Of a stretch of DNA of 64,000 nt, positions 16,401 to 42,951 are shown piece by piece. Origin of the DNA: the human T2T-CHM13v2.0 reference genome, Homo sapiens; assembly GCF_009914755.1 (NCBI RefSeq), contig NC_060927.1; one strand, written 5' to 3'. The stretch's first letter is position 1. Every line of letters begins with the position of its first letter. The notes below the pieces were generated by a model. The model ran no database searches, was not told the DNA's origin, and saw nothing but the letters and a program-made list of their open reading frames with translations. A program made the position numbers and the translations under genes.

Positions 16401-16510
16401 GTTCATTTTCTTTCTCTGACTGAGTTAGTTCAGAGAACCAGTCATTGAGCTCTCAGATTCTTTCCTGAACTTGGTCTATTCTTCTGTTAATACTTGCAAT
16501 TACATTATGA

Positions 16511-16697
<187 letters not shown>

Positions 16698-16714
16698 CTG
16701 GGAGCCCAGGTCAA

Positions 16715-17500
16715 GAGGCACTGCCCAGTGAAGAGTAGTGGAGGCATGTGGACAAGTCTGGCTGCTTTTCCATAAAGTGGCTGTGTTGTGCTAGAGGTTT
16801 GTATCGGTCCCCAACCACTATATGTCCTCTCAATCCCAAGGGCAACAGGAGCAAGGGCTGCAGGGCAGCAAAAATGGTGGCCTGCTTGCTCCTTCTGTGA
16901 GCTCTGTCCCAGAAAAGCACAGAGCTGCTACTAGCCTGAGAGCCTAGGTAGGGGGTGGCTAGAGACCCCGGTAGGGAGACACTGCCCAGAGAACCATAGC
17001 AGGGTTGGGGACCCATGTAGAAAACAGTCTGCTGCTTTTCTGTAAGGTGGCTGCACTGTGCTAGGGGTTCATGGTAGTCCCTAATCACTGTGTACCCTCC
17101 TGATCTTGAGGGCATCAGTGGGGAAGGTTGTAGGGCAACAAACATGGTGGCCTGCCTTTCCCACTGAGAGCTCTGTCCCAGGGAAGTGGAGAGCTGGTAG
17201 TGGCCTAAGAGTCCAGTGTGGGGTGGTTGAGGTTCTAGGTCAGGAGGCCTTGCTCAGTGAGAAGTAGCAGGGGTGGGGGCTCCTGTGTAAAACAATCTGG
17301 CTACTTTTCCTTAAGGTGGCTGCCTTTTACTGAGTGTCTACGATTGCCCCTAATCACTGAGTACACTCCCCAGCCTGAGGGCAAACAGGAGGGAGGGTTG
17401 TGGATGTGGTCTGCCTCTCCCTCTAGAAGCTTGTCCCAGAAAAGCACAGAGCTGCTCCTGATCCGAGAATTCTGGTAGGGCTGTGGTGGTCTCACTAGTG
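16715..17500. repeat. About 3 diverged tandem copies of a roughly 265-bp unit in the L1 5'UTR
   Basis: Motif tctg(g)ctgcttttc...gtggctg...gagctctgtccca recurs near 16760/16900, 17030/17170 and 17297/17430. Confidence 0.75.
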
Positions 17501-18271
17501 TCCCAGGCCCATGGGTCTTATCCTGCAAGGTGCTGCAGAGACGAGGCCTGTAGCACCTTGCAGGATAAGGTCTACTGGGCCTAGTTACTCTTCAGCCACA
17601 TGGATTCAGCCCCTTTCCTGGAGACGTGAGGGAGCCTGGCCTCCTCCATTGCTAGAGCTGCATCTGCTGGTGTTGAGGTGCCTGGGGATCCAGCACTCCT
17701 GGGAGTCTGTGAGTACCTGAGTGATGGCTCTGCCAAGACTCCACATAACTCTTTGCATGTTTGTCTGGAAGCCCTGGTTGCAGGGATCATGAGAAATCTC
17801 CTGATCCTGAGTCCAAGGATGCAAAGGTCCATGACAGAAGTGTGAATCCCTGGGGACTCTCACTCACTCACTGTTCCCTGTGATGTGAGGACTCCTCTGG
17901 CTCCATGCCACTTCTGGGTGGGCAATTGTCCTGTCTTGCTCTTCTCTGTTCACTGTGGGTGATGCTGTTTCCCTGATAAATCCCCATGTTTCCACCTGGA
18001 TGTTCTGGTTGAAGAGCTAGTGTCCATTCACCACTGTTTCTTCTCTCCATGAGAGTGGTGCTTATTACCCACTTCTACTCAGCTATCTCACGCCAAATCT
18101 CTAAACTTAGTCTTTTTTTTTAAGAGGAAAGGAATTTATATTTTAGAAATTTGTTGAAACTAGATAGGACTTATTTCTTTAGTCCTAATTCTGGTTATTT
18201 TAGTTTAAAATAAGTAATGTAGCAGAAATTTCAAGGATATCAAAAAACTTTAAGATCAGTAAAGAGTTGTT

Positions 18272-22621
<4,350 letters not shown>

Positions 22622-23352
22622 AAAGAGTTGTTTTACTGTTTCTTTTTCTTTACCAGTAAAATATTAACCTATTTAGATCACCATATTGATTTTATCTTTC
22701 TCTCTGTTTGTAAGATTTTTCTTCTAATACTTTGAATAGATCTGACTGTATACTTTTATGTGGATGGACAGAGTGTTTTTATTTCCCCTCACAATTGGAA
22801 TGTTGAAGGCAATGTTCTGGCCCCTTTTATGGACTTTTTGGGAGGAAGAATTGATTAGTGGTGATGATTTCCAATAGTGATTTTATTATCTCAACTGAGT
22901 TAGATTAATTGGTAGAAACATAAAAGAGCAAGCTGACAGATTTGAGATAAGTTTTAATCACAGGAAGTTTGAAAATGTTTTAATGCTTACATTAAAGATA
23001 AATGTGATATTTATCTCTTAAGAAAGATACATACATATTGTCATGTAACATGAGAATATTCATTATGATCATAACTTATTGGAGGAGATAAAATTATCTA
23101 TCGAAGTATGGTGAATGGGAGGTTCAGGTCCTATAGGAGAATTTAACCAAGCATCTTTTGGGACATTCTCCAAAACATCTGATATTAGCCGTTTAATTCT
23201 GTAAATTTTCTAAGTACTCTTATGTTTATGCTAAATGTGTTTCAGTTTATAAATTTATACTATAAATTTTAGCTTATTTTATTAGGGCACCTACAGTCTT
23301 TAGTCTTACAATTTTTGAAGGCAGAATCCAGCCTTAGATTGTTAAGTAATAG

Positions 23353-23970
<618 letters not shown>

Positions 23971-24479
23971 AGGCTTATATATTAAAGCCTTTCTGGTGGA
24001 TGATCCTTGGACTTCTTACAAATACGATTTTAAACCTAAATAGGGAAGAAAAAATGTCTTGATTTTTGTAATGCATGATCTGAGTAATGAATAAAATAAA
24101 ACATTCATATTTTAGGCATAGCAGTCCTTGCTATCACAATCATAAATTTATGTAATACTGGAGAAAGCATAGAGTTGTTTTATATGGCTTTTGAGTGAAA
24201 TTCAAATGTAGGCTACGATATACAGACCCTTAAATTATCTGTACTTATTATGTATATTTAATTTTTCTTACTCTAGTGTTCTGCTACTTACTATCAGAGA
24301 ATTTCTGAAAACTATTAACTAAACTGGAAGGAAGCAATATTTTGTTGAAAACTCCATAATTTATGAAATCTCTGGCAAACTGGATCCATCTGAATTGGCT
24401 TTTGCAGACCCAATTTATAACCCACATTTAAAATATTTTATAAAGGCAATTTGAACTGGCTTTGATTCTTTTCAAAGTG

Positions 24480-25600
24480 TTGCATAACTAATATATTTAC
24501 TGGGTTTGACATTCAAAAGGTACAACAGTGTATGCAATAAAGGATCTTTCTTCTATTCCTGTCCCCTGGACACTTACTTACTTCCCCTCAGCAGAGCTAA
24601 ACAGTGTAATTAATTTGTTTTTTCTTTATAGACGTTCATTACATACATATATAAGCAAATATAATATGTAACATAATTTTCTTTCTTATATGTACATAAG
24701 CCAAATAGAAAACCATATATTTTTACATATATCATATATAGAGAGAATATCATATTTTTTTGTTAAACAAATTAGCAAGACCTTTAAACAAATTAGCAAG
24801 GTCTTTATAATATATTATAAAGAGGGAAAAAAGCGAGACAAAATATACATATATATTTATATATATTTTATTACACACAATATATTGTTAAACAAATTAG
24901 CAAGATCTTTAGAATATATTATAAAGAAGGAAGAAAGCAAGACAGAAAACTGCATAACATGCTACATAACAATGAAAATAAATAAACTACAGTTAAATGC
25001 AACATGGATGAAACTCATAAATACAGTGCTGAGCAAAAGAAGCCGAAAGAAAACTTCATATATATTATTCCATTTTTGTATGCGTCAAAAAACAGGCAAA
25101 ATTAATGCTACATGTTAATGTAGCATGTTATACAGTTTTGTGTCTTGCTTTTTTCCCTCTATAGTATATTCTAAAGGATCACTCTTTATATAGACTTTCC
25201 CTATTTCTTTGTTTGTTTGTAAATTTTACTGAATCATCAGGAAACTGTTTAAATCTTAAGTGTACACCTTGAAATAACTTTGCCGTTGTGTAACAAACAC
25301 CTAAATCAAGATACAGAAAATTACTAGATTCATAGAAACTCCCCTATGTTACCTTCCAGTCACTTACCCCCAGGTATCCTAATTTCCAACTCTATAGATT
25401 AATTTTGCCTGTTTTTGACACATATAAAAATGGAATAATATATATATAGTTCTTTGCTTTTGGATTCCTTTGCTCAGCACTGTATTTATGAGTTCCATCC
25501 ATGTGGCATTTAGCTGTAGTTTATTTATTTTCATTATTATGTACTATTCTATTTAATGGATATTCTGCAATTTGATTAACCATTCTATTTTAGTTCTCTT
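24480..25600 (-). mobile_element. L1ME-like 3' end remnants containing locally duplicated inverted segments
   Basis: attaattttgcctgtttttg...tggaataata and gttttgtgtcttgctttttt are typical L1ME 3'UTR motifs. Confidence 0.6.
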
Positions 25601-25814
25601 TCTTAAACTTAACTTTTGCATTTCTATTTTTTATAACATTTCTTTAGAAAATATATCAATAATTTGGTATAATAATAAAAATTTTTAAATTCTTTTTATA
25701 TCTCTTTTTTCTATCTCTCATTCTCTGTCTCTCACTCTATCTTCCAAATACATACTATAGCCTGACTCATCATATTGTTTTCTGTCTCCCAAGTAGCATA
25801 ACACCTTGCTCTTT

Positions 25815-32298
<6,484 letters not shown>

Positions 32299-32594
32299 GC
32301 TCTTGCATTTCTGTTTAACAAATGGCTTGAAAAATTCCACAAACACCCTTGTGAGATTTTGATTAGAACTACCTTGAATCTATAGATCATTTTCGGGAGA
32401 ACTGACATGACTGTGGGAGATGGCAATATTGACTCTCTGTCATTGACAGTGACAGTGGTGATTCATTCAGTCTGTGGACATATGTTATATTCCTTTATTT
32501 GCTTAGAGTCTTTGCTTTCTCCAGGTAACATTTATAGATTTTTTTGTAGAGATGTTCCACATTTTTTTAGGTTTTGTCTTAAATATTTGATTTT

Positions 32595-33172
32595 TTAAAA
32601 AATGTCAACTCTTATTTTAGACAGAGAGGATGCATGGGCATGTTTAATGTTTATTACATGGACATATTATGTGATGCTGAGGTTTGGGGTATGGATCCTG
32701 TCGCCCAGGTGGTGAGCATAGTACCAAATAGGTAGTTTTTCCGTCTAGTATGTAGTTTGCCTTCCTCCGTCTTCTAGAAGTTCATAGTGTCCATTCTTCA
32801 AATGTTTATGTCTATGTGTGCTCAATGTTTAGCTCCCACTTTTAAGTGAGAACATATAGTATTGTTTTCTGTTCCTACATTAATTCTTTTAGGATTATTG
32901 CCTCCAGCTGCATTCTTGTGGCTGCAAAGGTTGTGATTTTTTTTTTTTATGGCTGCATAGTATTCTATGGTGTATATGTACCACATTTTCTTTATCTGAT
33001 CCACTGTTGATGGGCACTTGGGTTGATTCCATGTCCTTGCTATTATGAATACTGCTGTACTAAACATATGAGGGCAGATGACATTTTGGTAGAATGATTT
33101 ATTTTCCTTTGGGTATATACCCAGTAATGGGATTGCTGGGTCAAATGTTTGCTCTGCTTTAAGTTCTTTGAG
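32595..33172 (-). mobile_element. L1PA15/16-like 3' fragment
   Basis: ORF2 C-terminus (ORF 32822-33067) and 3'UTR. TSD aaatatttgat at 32581-32591 and 33173-33183. Confidence 0.85.
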
Positions 33173-33315
33173 AAATATTTGATATTTTTTAATGCTTTTG
33201 TAAATGGTAGTTGTATATACATATTTTATAATATATATTCATACATATTTATACATTATATAAACACACACACATGTCTTTTGTTGTTGTTACCATATTA
33301 CACTAGTTAGGACCT

Positions 33316-34047
<732 letters not shown>

Positions 34048-34215
34048 AGGCCTCCAGTACAGTACTGACTAAAATGGAAAAGAACAGTGGTTTTCTTGTC
34101 TCATTACTGATTGTAGGGGGAATGTTTTCATTATTTCACCTTTAAGTGTGATATTTGCTGGAAGATTTTTGGTAGACGTTCTTTGTAAGATTAAGAAAGT
34201 TTATTTTGCTCTTAT

Positions 34216-34259
34216 TTTCCTATAAGCGTATATATATATATATATACGCTTATAGGAAA
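34216..34259. repeat. Perfect 44-bp palindrome with a (TA)9 centre
   Basis: tttcctataagcg-(ta)9-cgcttataggaaa. Confidence 0.95.
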
Positions 34260-35864
34260 TATATATATATTTTAAATCATGAATGGGTGTTGAATTTTAT
34301 CATATACTTTCTCATGCACCTATTGAGATGAGCATGTAATTTTTCCCTTTTTAAATGTGTTAATGTGGTAAGTTACATCAGTTGATCTTTAAATGTTAGA
34401 TGACCCTTGCATTCCCAGAATACATACAAATTTTGCGATGTATTAGCATTATTATATGTGCTAATATATGCTGGGTTTGCTAATATTTTGCTAATAAGTT
34501 GAGATTTTAATCTCTATGTTCACAAAAGTTTAGTATGTAAGTTTCCATTCTTTTGATTCCCCTGTCAAGTTCTCACTTCATAGTTATGTCGACTTTATGA
34601 AATGAATGGGGGATGTTTCCTTTTTTCTATACTCTATAAATATTTGTGAAATTTTGGTGTTCCCTCTTAAAATTTGGAAAAATTCACCAGTAAAGCAATG
34701 TAGGCCTGGGTTTTCTATGTGGGGCAATTTTAAATGACATATTATATTTCCTTAATAGGTGTAGAAATGTTCAGATATTCTGTTTTTTCTTGAGTCAGTT
34801 TTGGTAAGTTGTGTTTTTGAAGAAATTTTTCCTATTCATCTAATTTTTCAAATTTATTAGCCTTAATGGTAGGGCCTGTAGTAGTTTACTATTTTCAATT
34901 CCTAATATTGGTTATTTTTGAGTTATCTTTTTTAAAAATAAGTCTTCTGGAGATTTATCATTTTTTCAGTATTTTCAAAGTACTGATAGAATTCTTGATT
35001 TTTTTCAAATGTACATGTATTTTTCTAGTTTACTGATTTTTATTCTTCATTGGGTTTGGTTTACTGTCTTTTAACTAGATTAATGAGATGGAACCTTACA
35101 TAACTGATTTCAATATTTTTTCTTCTTTAATATGTGACTTTAGGGCCATAATTTTTCCCTGAAAATTGTTTGAGCTCCATCCAACAGATTTTATGTCTAA
35201 TATTTATTAATGTTGAACTAAAACTTTTATAATTTTTCCTATAGTTTCTTATTTGAACCTTGTGTTATTTAGAAGTTAATTAGTTTTCAAGAAGTTGAGA
35301 GTTTTCTATCTCTTGTTAGTAAAAAATAAAATGCCACTGTGGAAAGATCATAGTATATGGTTTTAGCTTCTTTGACATTTGTTGAGACTTGTTTTATGAT
35401 TCAGCACATGGACAATTTTAGTAAATGTGCACAAACTAATTTTACTATTCTGTTACTAGGTTCAATGTACTATATATGTAAATTTGACTAAGTTCATTAA
35501 TTGTGTTGTTAGATCTGTAAATTCTTACTAATTTGTTTGTATTTGTTCTATCTGATATTAAGAGAGGACCGTTAAAAGCTCCCACTATGATTATAAATTT
35601 TAGAATTTCTCTTTTTAGTAGTGATGACTTATGTTTTGAATCTAAGTTGTTGGATGTATACATTTATTTTCTGTATATGTATTTATTACTTTATCATTAT
35701 AAAATATCTCTTTCTCTGTAGTAATATATCTTGTCTTGAAATATACATTGATATTTGCATAGCTAGTCCATCTTTACTTTGTGTTTGCATGGCATATATA
35801 TTTCCATTATATTATTGTCAATGTCTTCATAGTCATTTTTAAGCATACAATTTTAAAAAATTAG

Positions 35865-36169
<305 letters not shown>

Positions 36170-37920
36170 TGACAATATTAGTCTTATACTTGGTGTACCT
36201 AACATTTAATATAATTTATTGATATAGCTAGGTTTTTATCTGCCATATTTTTATTTCAGTCTTTATGTTTCTTTTTTATTTTACTTTCTTTTTACTTAAA
36301 CTTTTTATTATCCTATTTTTCTCTATATGACATTAATATGTATTTTTTCACGCTTTTTGAGGGATTATCTTTAATAACTCTTTTTGAGGATTTCAACATG
36401 AATCCTTCACTTATTTTGATCTAAAATAGAGCATTTCTTTTACCACTTCTTTAATAATGACAGCAACTTGCACTTTACCTCTATTTACCATCCCTGTTGC
36501 TCTTTGGATTATTTTTTTTGTATTTTATTTTCACATCCGTTTTAAACCCTATAATACATTGCTAATATAGTTTAGTATGTTAATATTGTTTATATTCATA
36601 TATATTTATCAGCATATGTATTTATTCTTTCTTTTTATCCTCATTCCTTACTATGTCTACTTGCATTCTTTTTCTTTTGCCTGAAAATTTTTCTTTATTC
36701 TTTATTTTACTGCAGCTTTGTTAGAACAAATTCTCTCTGCTTTTATTATTTCACTTTTTAAAATACTTTTTTATTTCATAATAGTTGCAGATTTGTAGGA
36801 AGTTGCAAAACTAGTACAGAGGTTTTATGTTCAATTCACCCCATATGTTAATGTCGTACATGCACTCGTGTGTGTGTGTGTATACTTGAATGTGCATAGT
36901 TATATGTAATTTTATCATGACTACACTCATGTAACAACCACTATAATCAAGACACAAAATGGTTCTATCACCACAAAGATTGTTCTTGTGCTACCCATTT
37001 ATAGTCACTTCCATTGTCATCCCTATCTCTCCTATTTCTAACGCCTGGAATTCACTAATCTGCTCTCCATATTTATAATTTTATAACTCAAGAATGTTAA
37101 ATAAGTGGAATCATACAATGTGTAACTTTTTGGGATTGTATTTTTACAAAGCATAATTTCCTGGAGATTCATTCAAGTTGTGTACATCAAGAGCTTATTT
37201 TATTTCTTGAGTAGTATTTTACAGTATTAGTGACTACAGTTTATTTAACTATTCACCCATTGAAGGATATCTAGATTGTTTCCATTGTGAACTTATTACA
37301 AGTAAAGCTGCTATGATCATTTGTGTGCAAGTATGTTTGTGAACATAAGTTTTCGTCTCTCGGTGTAATTTCCAAAAAGCGCAATTGCCGGGTTGTATGA
37401 CATTTGTTTACATTTATAAGAAGATGCAAAGCTATTTCCTGGAGTGGCTGTGTCACTTTATATTTCTACCAGAAATATGTAGGAGATCTAGTTTCTCCAT
37501 ATACTAACTAGAATTTTGTGACATCTAGGTCACGTCTCGGTGCCTTAGGTCTCAAAGATTTTCTCTGATTTTTTTTCTAAAAGTTTTTATGGTTTTACAT
37601 TTAAAATTATAACTCATTTTGAGCTATTTTTTTGTTTAAGGTATGAGATTGAGGTCAAGGTTGTTTTTTCTTCTACTATGGATGTCCAATTGCTCCAGCA
37701 GTATTTGTTGAAGACGATTTTTTCATTAAATAATTGCTCTTGCACTTTTGTCGAAACTCCGTCGGATGCTGTTTTAGTCTTTTTGATGTAGGCATTTAAT
37801 GCTATGTACTTTCCTCTTAGCAGCACTTTTGCTGTGTCCCAGAGGTTTTGATAAGTTGTGTCATGATTATTATTCATTTCAAAGAATTTTTAAATTTATT
37901 TCTTGATTTCATTGTTAACC

Positions 37921-38405
37921 TGTTGTGGGAAAATCAAATATTGGAGAGACTGAAAAAGGTTCAGGAAAGTTTATTAAGGTGATCACCGGCTCAGCCGGAC
38001 ATATGTCCAGAATTCTGAGCCCTGAACAAAGGGCTTTTCCTACTTTTAAACTTCTTAAGGTGGGAACTACGTGAGGCGAGAAGTAAGTTACAGAAGCAAG
38101 AAACAAAGGCAGCATTACGACATTTCTTACATCTTGAGAGAAACATGTCTTGCAACCTAAACTTATTGGTATTGTGACCCTGCAGCCATGCAGGAACTCA
38201 CTGGGCCTCTAATAAACTTTGAGGAATGTGGAGTTGTGGAGTATAGATAAGGTTCACTGTCCACAGAGAGAAGACAGGCTGTTAGTATTCCTTTTTAACT
38301 TGAGTGTAAGGGGGGTGTCACACTTTGCAGCAACTTTAGGAAGATTTTAAAATTTCTATTACTACTACTATTAGGTTATAGTTATTTTCATTATTTCCTT
38401 CTTCA
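37921..38405 (-). repeat. 3' LTR of the provirus (485 bp)
   Basis: Homologous to 45119-45145 plus 46985-47446. Minus-strand AATAAA near 37970. Polypurine tract (top strand ttcctccctttt) at 38406-38417. Confidence 0.93.
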
Positions 38406-38461
38406 TTCCTCCCTTTTGGTGCTCGACACAAATGTAGATTAGTAAAGAGCACCACAGTTAG

Positions 38462-39060
38462 CTATTTCTTCTTGAGTGGGTACATACCCATCTTGTGATA
38501 CCAGTTGGTACTTTTGCAAAGCCACCAAGAACAGACATACCCCACGACCCGAATAATGGCTCTGCTGCTGAGTTTTTCTTGTCCTAGATTTTTACAGGTG
38601 GTTTTAATATTATTTAGTTTACTGAGATGTGCAGCTTGGCAGGCATCAAAATATATGGAGACAGGCCTTTTATGCGAGTACGGGAATACTTCTGTTTTGT
38701 TTACAAGTTTACTGACCCTGGTTTCTGTGGGGTTGGTATATAATGGCATTAGGGGTTCGCCAATTCGGACTTTAAACCCGAAGTCATAGGGCAAGAACTC
38801 TGGGTCATAACATAGTTGGGGCTGCTCATTTCCAGGATTGCAGACCGAGTAACTAGTCTAGTTATAGACACAAGTTCCTGTATGAGTCCCTGTACAGTTG
38901 TAGTAGGTCTGGTATAACAGAGTTTTAGTCACACCTTTTCTGGACCAGGCTTCTATCATACAGTGATGACAGACATCCTGGTCCCCAATTATAACCATAG
39001 GTGAAAGTGTCGGTGGCTTTAGTATTACTAATATGATTAAGCTTATACTATGCACAGGCA
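38462..39060 (-). pseudogene. env remnant: signal peptide and N-terminal SU, large internal deletion, short C-terminal tail
   Basis: KTLLYQTYYNCTGT..GTC and EVFP..VSIYFDAC resemble ERV3-1 env SU. Only about 600 nt remain, with a stop near 38858. Confidence 0.8.
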
Positions 39061-39349
39061 CCCTTCTAGGCAACAAGCTTGGCAGCATTTGCAAAGATAA
39101 CATGACAGCAAAATAATCAGTACAAGTAAACATATAACTATGTTTGTACATTTAACCCGCATTTAGTTATCTATCATTGACTTCCTTAGGCTTTGGCCAT
39201 GCATAGACTAGTCAGATTCTGTTTGTGTGACTAGAGCAGGGCTCAGTGTTTCCTCAAGCTTCAGTTGTGCATGGACCGACCAGCCTCTGGTGCAGTCAGA
39301 GCAGGGAAGTTGTCCGTGTCAGCAGTGACTTGGTTTCACTGCAGGATCA

Positions 39350-42300
39350 GCCATGTTGGGTGGTCTTGGTTTTGTTGACTGGTCCACTGGTCCTGGATGG
39401 CAGCTGCTGCTGGTTTCAGCCAGCTATGATGAACCCAAGGTATGATACCTGCAACTTTAACAGCTGTGCGGATAGACAAGATCACAATATGGGGACCATC
39501 CCATAAAGGCCCTAAAGTGGTTGGGTTCTATTGTTTGACCCAGAGTCTCCAGGTTGGAAGGGATGTACTGCATCTGTGAGGCTAACAGGTATTCTTTCTC
39601 TTACTCACCCTTATATTTCCTGTATGGCCTCACCTAAGGCTTGCATTTGCCTTCTTAAGGTTAATTCCCCAGATTCTCTTAAATCACCTTTTATCTGAGT
39701 TATCATCAGGGGTGCTTGGCCAAACACTATCTCATAGGGTGAATACCCAGTTACTTTAGTAGGGGTTTACCTGGCTCAGAGAAGGACCATGGGCAGCACC
39801 TGATCCCACCTTAGATGAGTTTCTTGGCAAAACTTTAACAGCTGTTTGAGTGTCTGGTTCATTCTTTTAACTTTTCCAGAACTTTGTGGGCGATAAGCTG
39901 TATGCAGTTTCCATTTGATTTTTAACATCTGCATTAGCTGTTGTACTATTTCTGTCACAAATGCTGGGCCATTGTCTGTTCCTAAAGTTAAAGGCAGTTC
40001 AAATTTAGGAATAATGTCCTTTAGTAAGATTCTGGTTACTTCCTGAGCTTTCTCTTTCCTGGTAGGAAATGCCTTCACCCACCCTGAGAAAGTGCAGACA
40101 AACACTAGCATGTACCAGTAGCCTCTGGCTTGAGGCAGCTCCATAAAGTCCACAAGCAGGTTTTCACAGGGTATAACTCCAGTTTCTTGAATCCCTGGGG
40201 GCCGTGTTGGCCGCTGCCATGGATTGTTTTGGGCACAAGCCAAGCATTGCTCACAAACGGCTTGAGTGATGGCAGTTGGGAGCAGCACATAGAAATGTCG
40301 TCCTATAAGAGTTTCTAATGCAGTTTTTCCCATATGCTTTCCTTGATGAAACTGCTTTATGAACCGGGGGGCTATTGCTTCTGCGATGGCAAGCCTCCCA
40401 TCTGAGAACTTCCACTAACATCCTTTCTGGTAACTTCCACTCTCCTGCTCAAACGAAGCCTTTTCATTAGAAGAGTAGTTAGGGAGTTCTGTTAGGGGAA
40501 GCTCCAGTAAGGGCATGGTAAGGGTTTCCTTTTCCTTCTTAGTTACCTCTGTCATTACAGCTCTTTTGGCTTCTCTGTCTGCCTTTCTGTTTCCTCTAGC
40601 CTTGTCACCTCCTCCTGTTTGTTGTTCTTTGCAATGGATGACTGCTACTTCTTTTGGAGCCCATACGGCTTCTAAGAGCTTCTCTATTTCCTTTTTATTT
40701 TTGATTTCCTTTCCTTCAGTAGTTAATAATCCTCTTTCCTTATATTTGGCTCTGTGGGCATGCAAAGTGGCAAAAGCATGCCTTGAGTCAGTATAGATGT
40801 TTACTGACTTTCCTTTGGCTAAGAGCAATGCTCTAGTGAGAGCTATTAGCTCAGCTCTTTGGGCCAAAGTTCCGACTGGCAGAGGGCGGGCTTCGGCTAC
40901 TGAATTCAGTGTTACCACTGCACATCCAGCCCGTCTGACACCTTCAGATATGAAGCTGCTTCCATCAGTAAAGTATTTAACATCTGGGTCTCTTAAGGGC
41001 TAGTCCGTTAAGTTTTTTTGGCTTGATAAAACCTCATCCACTGTTTCCACACAACAGTGATACCCTGGGCCACACAATGGGGCTTTCCGTGCTCCACCCA
41101 TTCTGTTGGCAGCAGTGTGGCTGGATTTAGAGTGTTCACAGTCTCCAGGGTTATGTAGGGGTTTTCACACAAAAGCCCTTGATATCTTAACATCTTAGGG
41201 TTAGATAGCCAGTGATGCCCCCTCTGCTCCATCAGGGTGACACGACCATGTGGGGCACCCGAATTATTAACCTTTGTCCAAATGTGAGCTTGTTAGCATC
41301 TTCCACTAACAGGGCAGTGGCTGCCAATGCCTTGAAACAGGGTGGCCATCCCATAGCCACCAGGTCTAGACACTTGGAGAAATATGCCGTGGGCCAGTAC
41401 CATGACCCTAGTGTTTGTACCAAGATTCCTGTAGCTATTCCTTTTCTTTCATGGACATACAGGTAAAAAGGCTTTGTCATGTCTGGCAGTCCTAATGCTG
41501 GGGCCTGGATCAAAGCCTTCTTGATGTCTTTGAAGGCCATGTCCTGCTCTTTTTCCCACAGGAGGGATTCTTCCCCCCTGCCCCCGCCCCAGCTTTGGTA
41601 GCCTTATACAATGGTTTTGCCAAAAGCGAGTAATTTGGAATCCAAATGTGACAGAAACCATCTGCCCCTAAAAGCTCCTGCACTTGTCGCCTAGTGTCAG
41701 GTAGAGGAATGCCACACATGTTCTCTTTTCACTCATGTCCAAGCTCATGCTGCCCCTGAGAGATGTTAAAGCCAAGATATCTTGCCCTTTGGCCACAGAT
41801 TTGTGCCTTTTTCCTTAGACACCTTATAGCCAGCCTCCCACAGAACACGAAGGAGGCTTTCTGTGCCTTGAAAGCACTCTTCTTTTGTGGGTGCAGCCAA
41901 CAATACATCATCCATGTACTGCAACAGGACACAGGGGTCACTTGGTGGCACAAAAGCCTTCAGGTCTGTCTAGTGCTTCCTCAAAAATGATTGGGGGGTT
42001 TTTGAATCCTTGGGGGAGCCTGGTCCAAGTATACTGTGATGAGCCCCACTCAAAGACAAAGATGCCCTGGCTTTCAGGAGCTCGTTGGATGCAGAAGAAT
42101 GCATCCTTTATGTCTAAGCATGTAAACCAAGCAGCATCCACAGGAATTCACCCAAGCATTGTATATGGGTTGGGCACAATGGCATATAATGTAGCTGCAA
42201 CTTTATTTATGGCCCGCAAATCCTTTACTGGCTGGTAATCTCTGGAGGGCTTTAACACCGGTACCAATGGAGTGTTCCAAGACAAGGCACATCTTTGCAT

Positions 42301-42951
42301 TATCCCAAATTTAAGGAGCCAGTCTATATGCTTTGTAATCCCATGGGTGGCTTCTGCTGGGATGGGATACTGACGGATTCACACTGGGTAAGTGCCCCGC
42401 AGCAGTTCCACCACTACATGTGCCTGATTTATGGCTAGCCTGGGGGACTGTCTTCCACCCAGACCCCTGGCAGCTTGAGAAATAATTTCTTATACATTGC
42501 CTCATTTTCCCGCTGGCAAAATGCATCTTTATAAATTTTGCATCTCTCATAGAGTCTCCATTCCTTTGTTGTTGGGACAGTAGGGGACATTATCATGCCT
42601 TTTCTTTGACCTAGGTTTAGAGTCGTGCCCCCTTACGGTGTAAAGGAGATTTGTGCTTGCAATTTCTGGAGCAAGGCTTTTCCTAACAAGGGCACCAGAC
42701 AATTTGGCAAATATAAAAATTCATGTTGAACCTGCTGTCCTCCAATCACACATCTTGTAGATTTGAAGTAAGGCCTCTGTTACTCCTGTAGCTCCAATTA
42801 TATTGACATAATTTTTAGACAATGGCCCAATCGCTTGAGTTACTCCTGAGTGCTCTGCACCAGTATTGACCATAAAGTCCACTTTTTGGCCCTCTACCTC
42901 CATTGAGACCATAGGCTCCTTGGGGCCTAATGAAGTGGAACCCAGTCTGTC
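39350..42951 (-). pseudogene. pro-pol remnant (protease, RT, RNase H, integrase) with many frameshifts and stops
   Basis: FMVNTGAEHS (DTG mutated to NTG), [27 protein letters not shown]-like CEQCLAC, DNGPAF, PQSSGKVKRMN. Confidence 0.92.

Noticed and set aside
16711-18050. Several ORFs of 60-144 aa
   Set aside because: They fall in the GC-rich tandemly repeated L1 5'UTR.
22790-23110. Possible CR1/L3 remnant or conserved element
   Set aside because: Similarity is too weak to support without an alignment.
24690-25118. 142-aa ORF as a novel gene
   Set aside because: Low-complexity I/Y/K-rich translation of AT-rich duplicated L1ME sequence with no domain signal.
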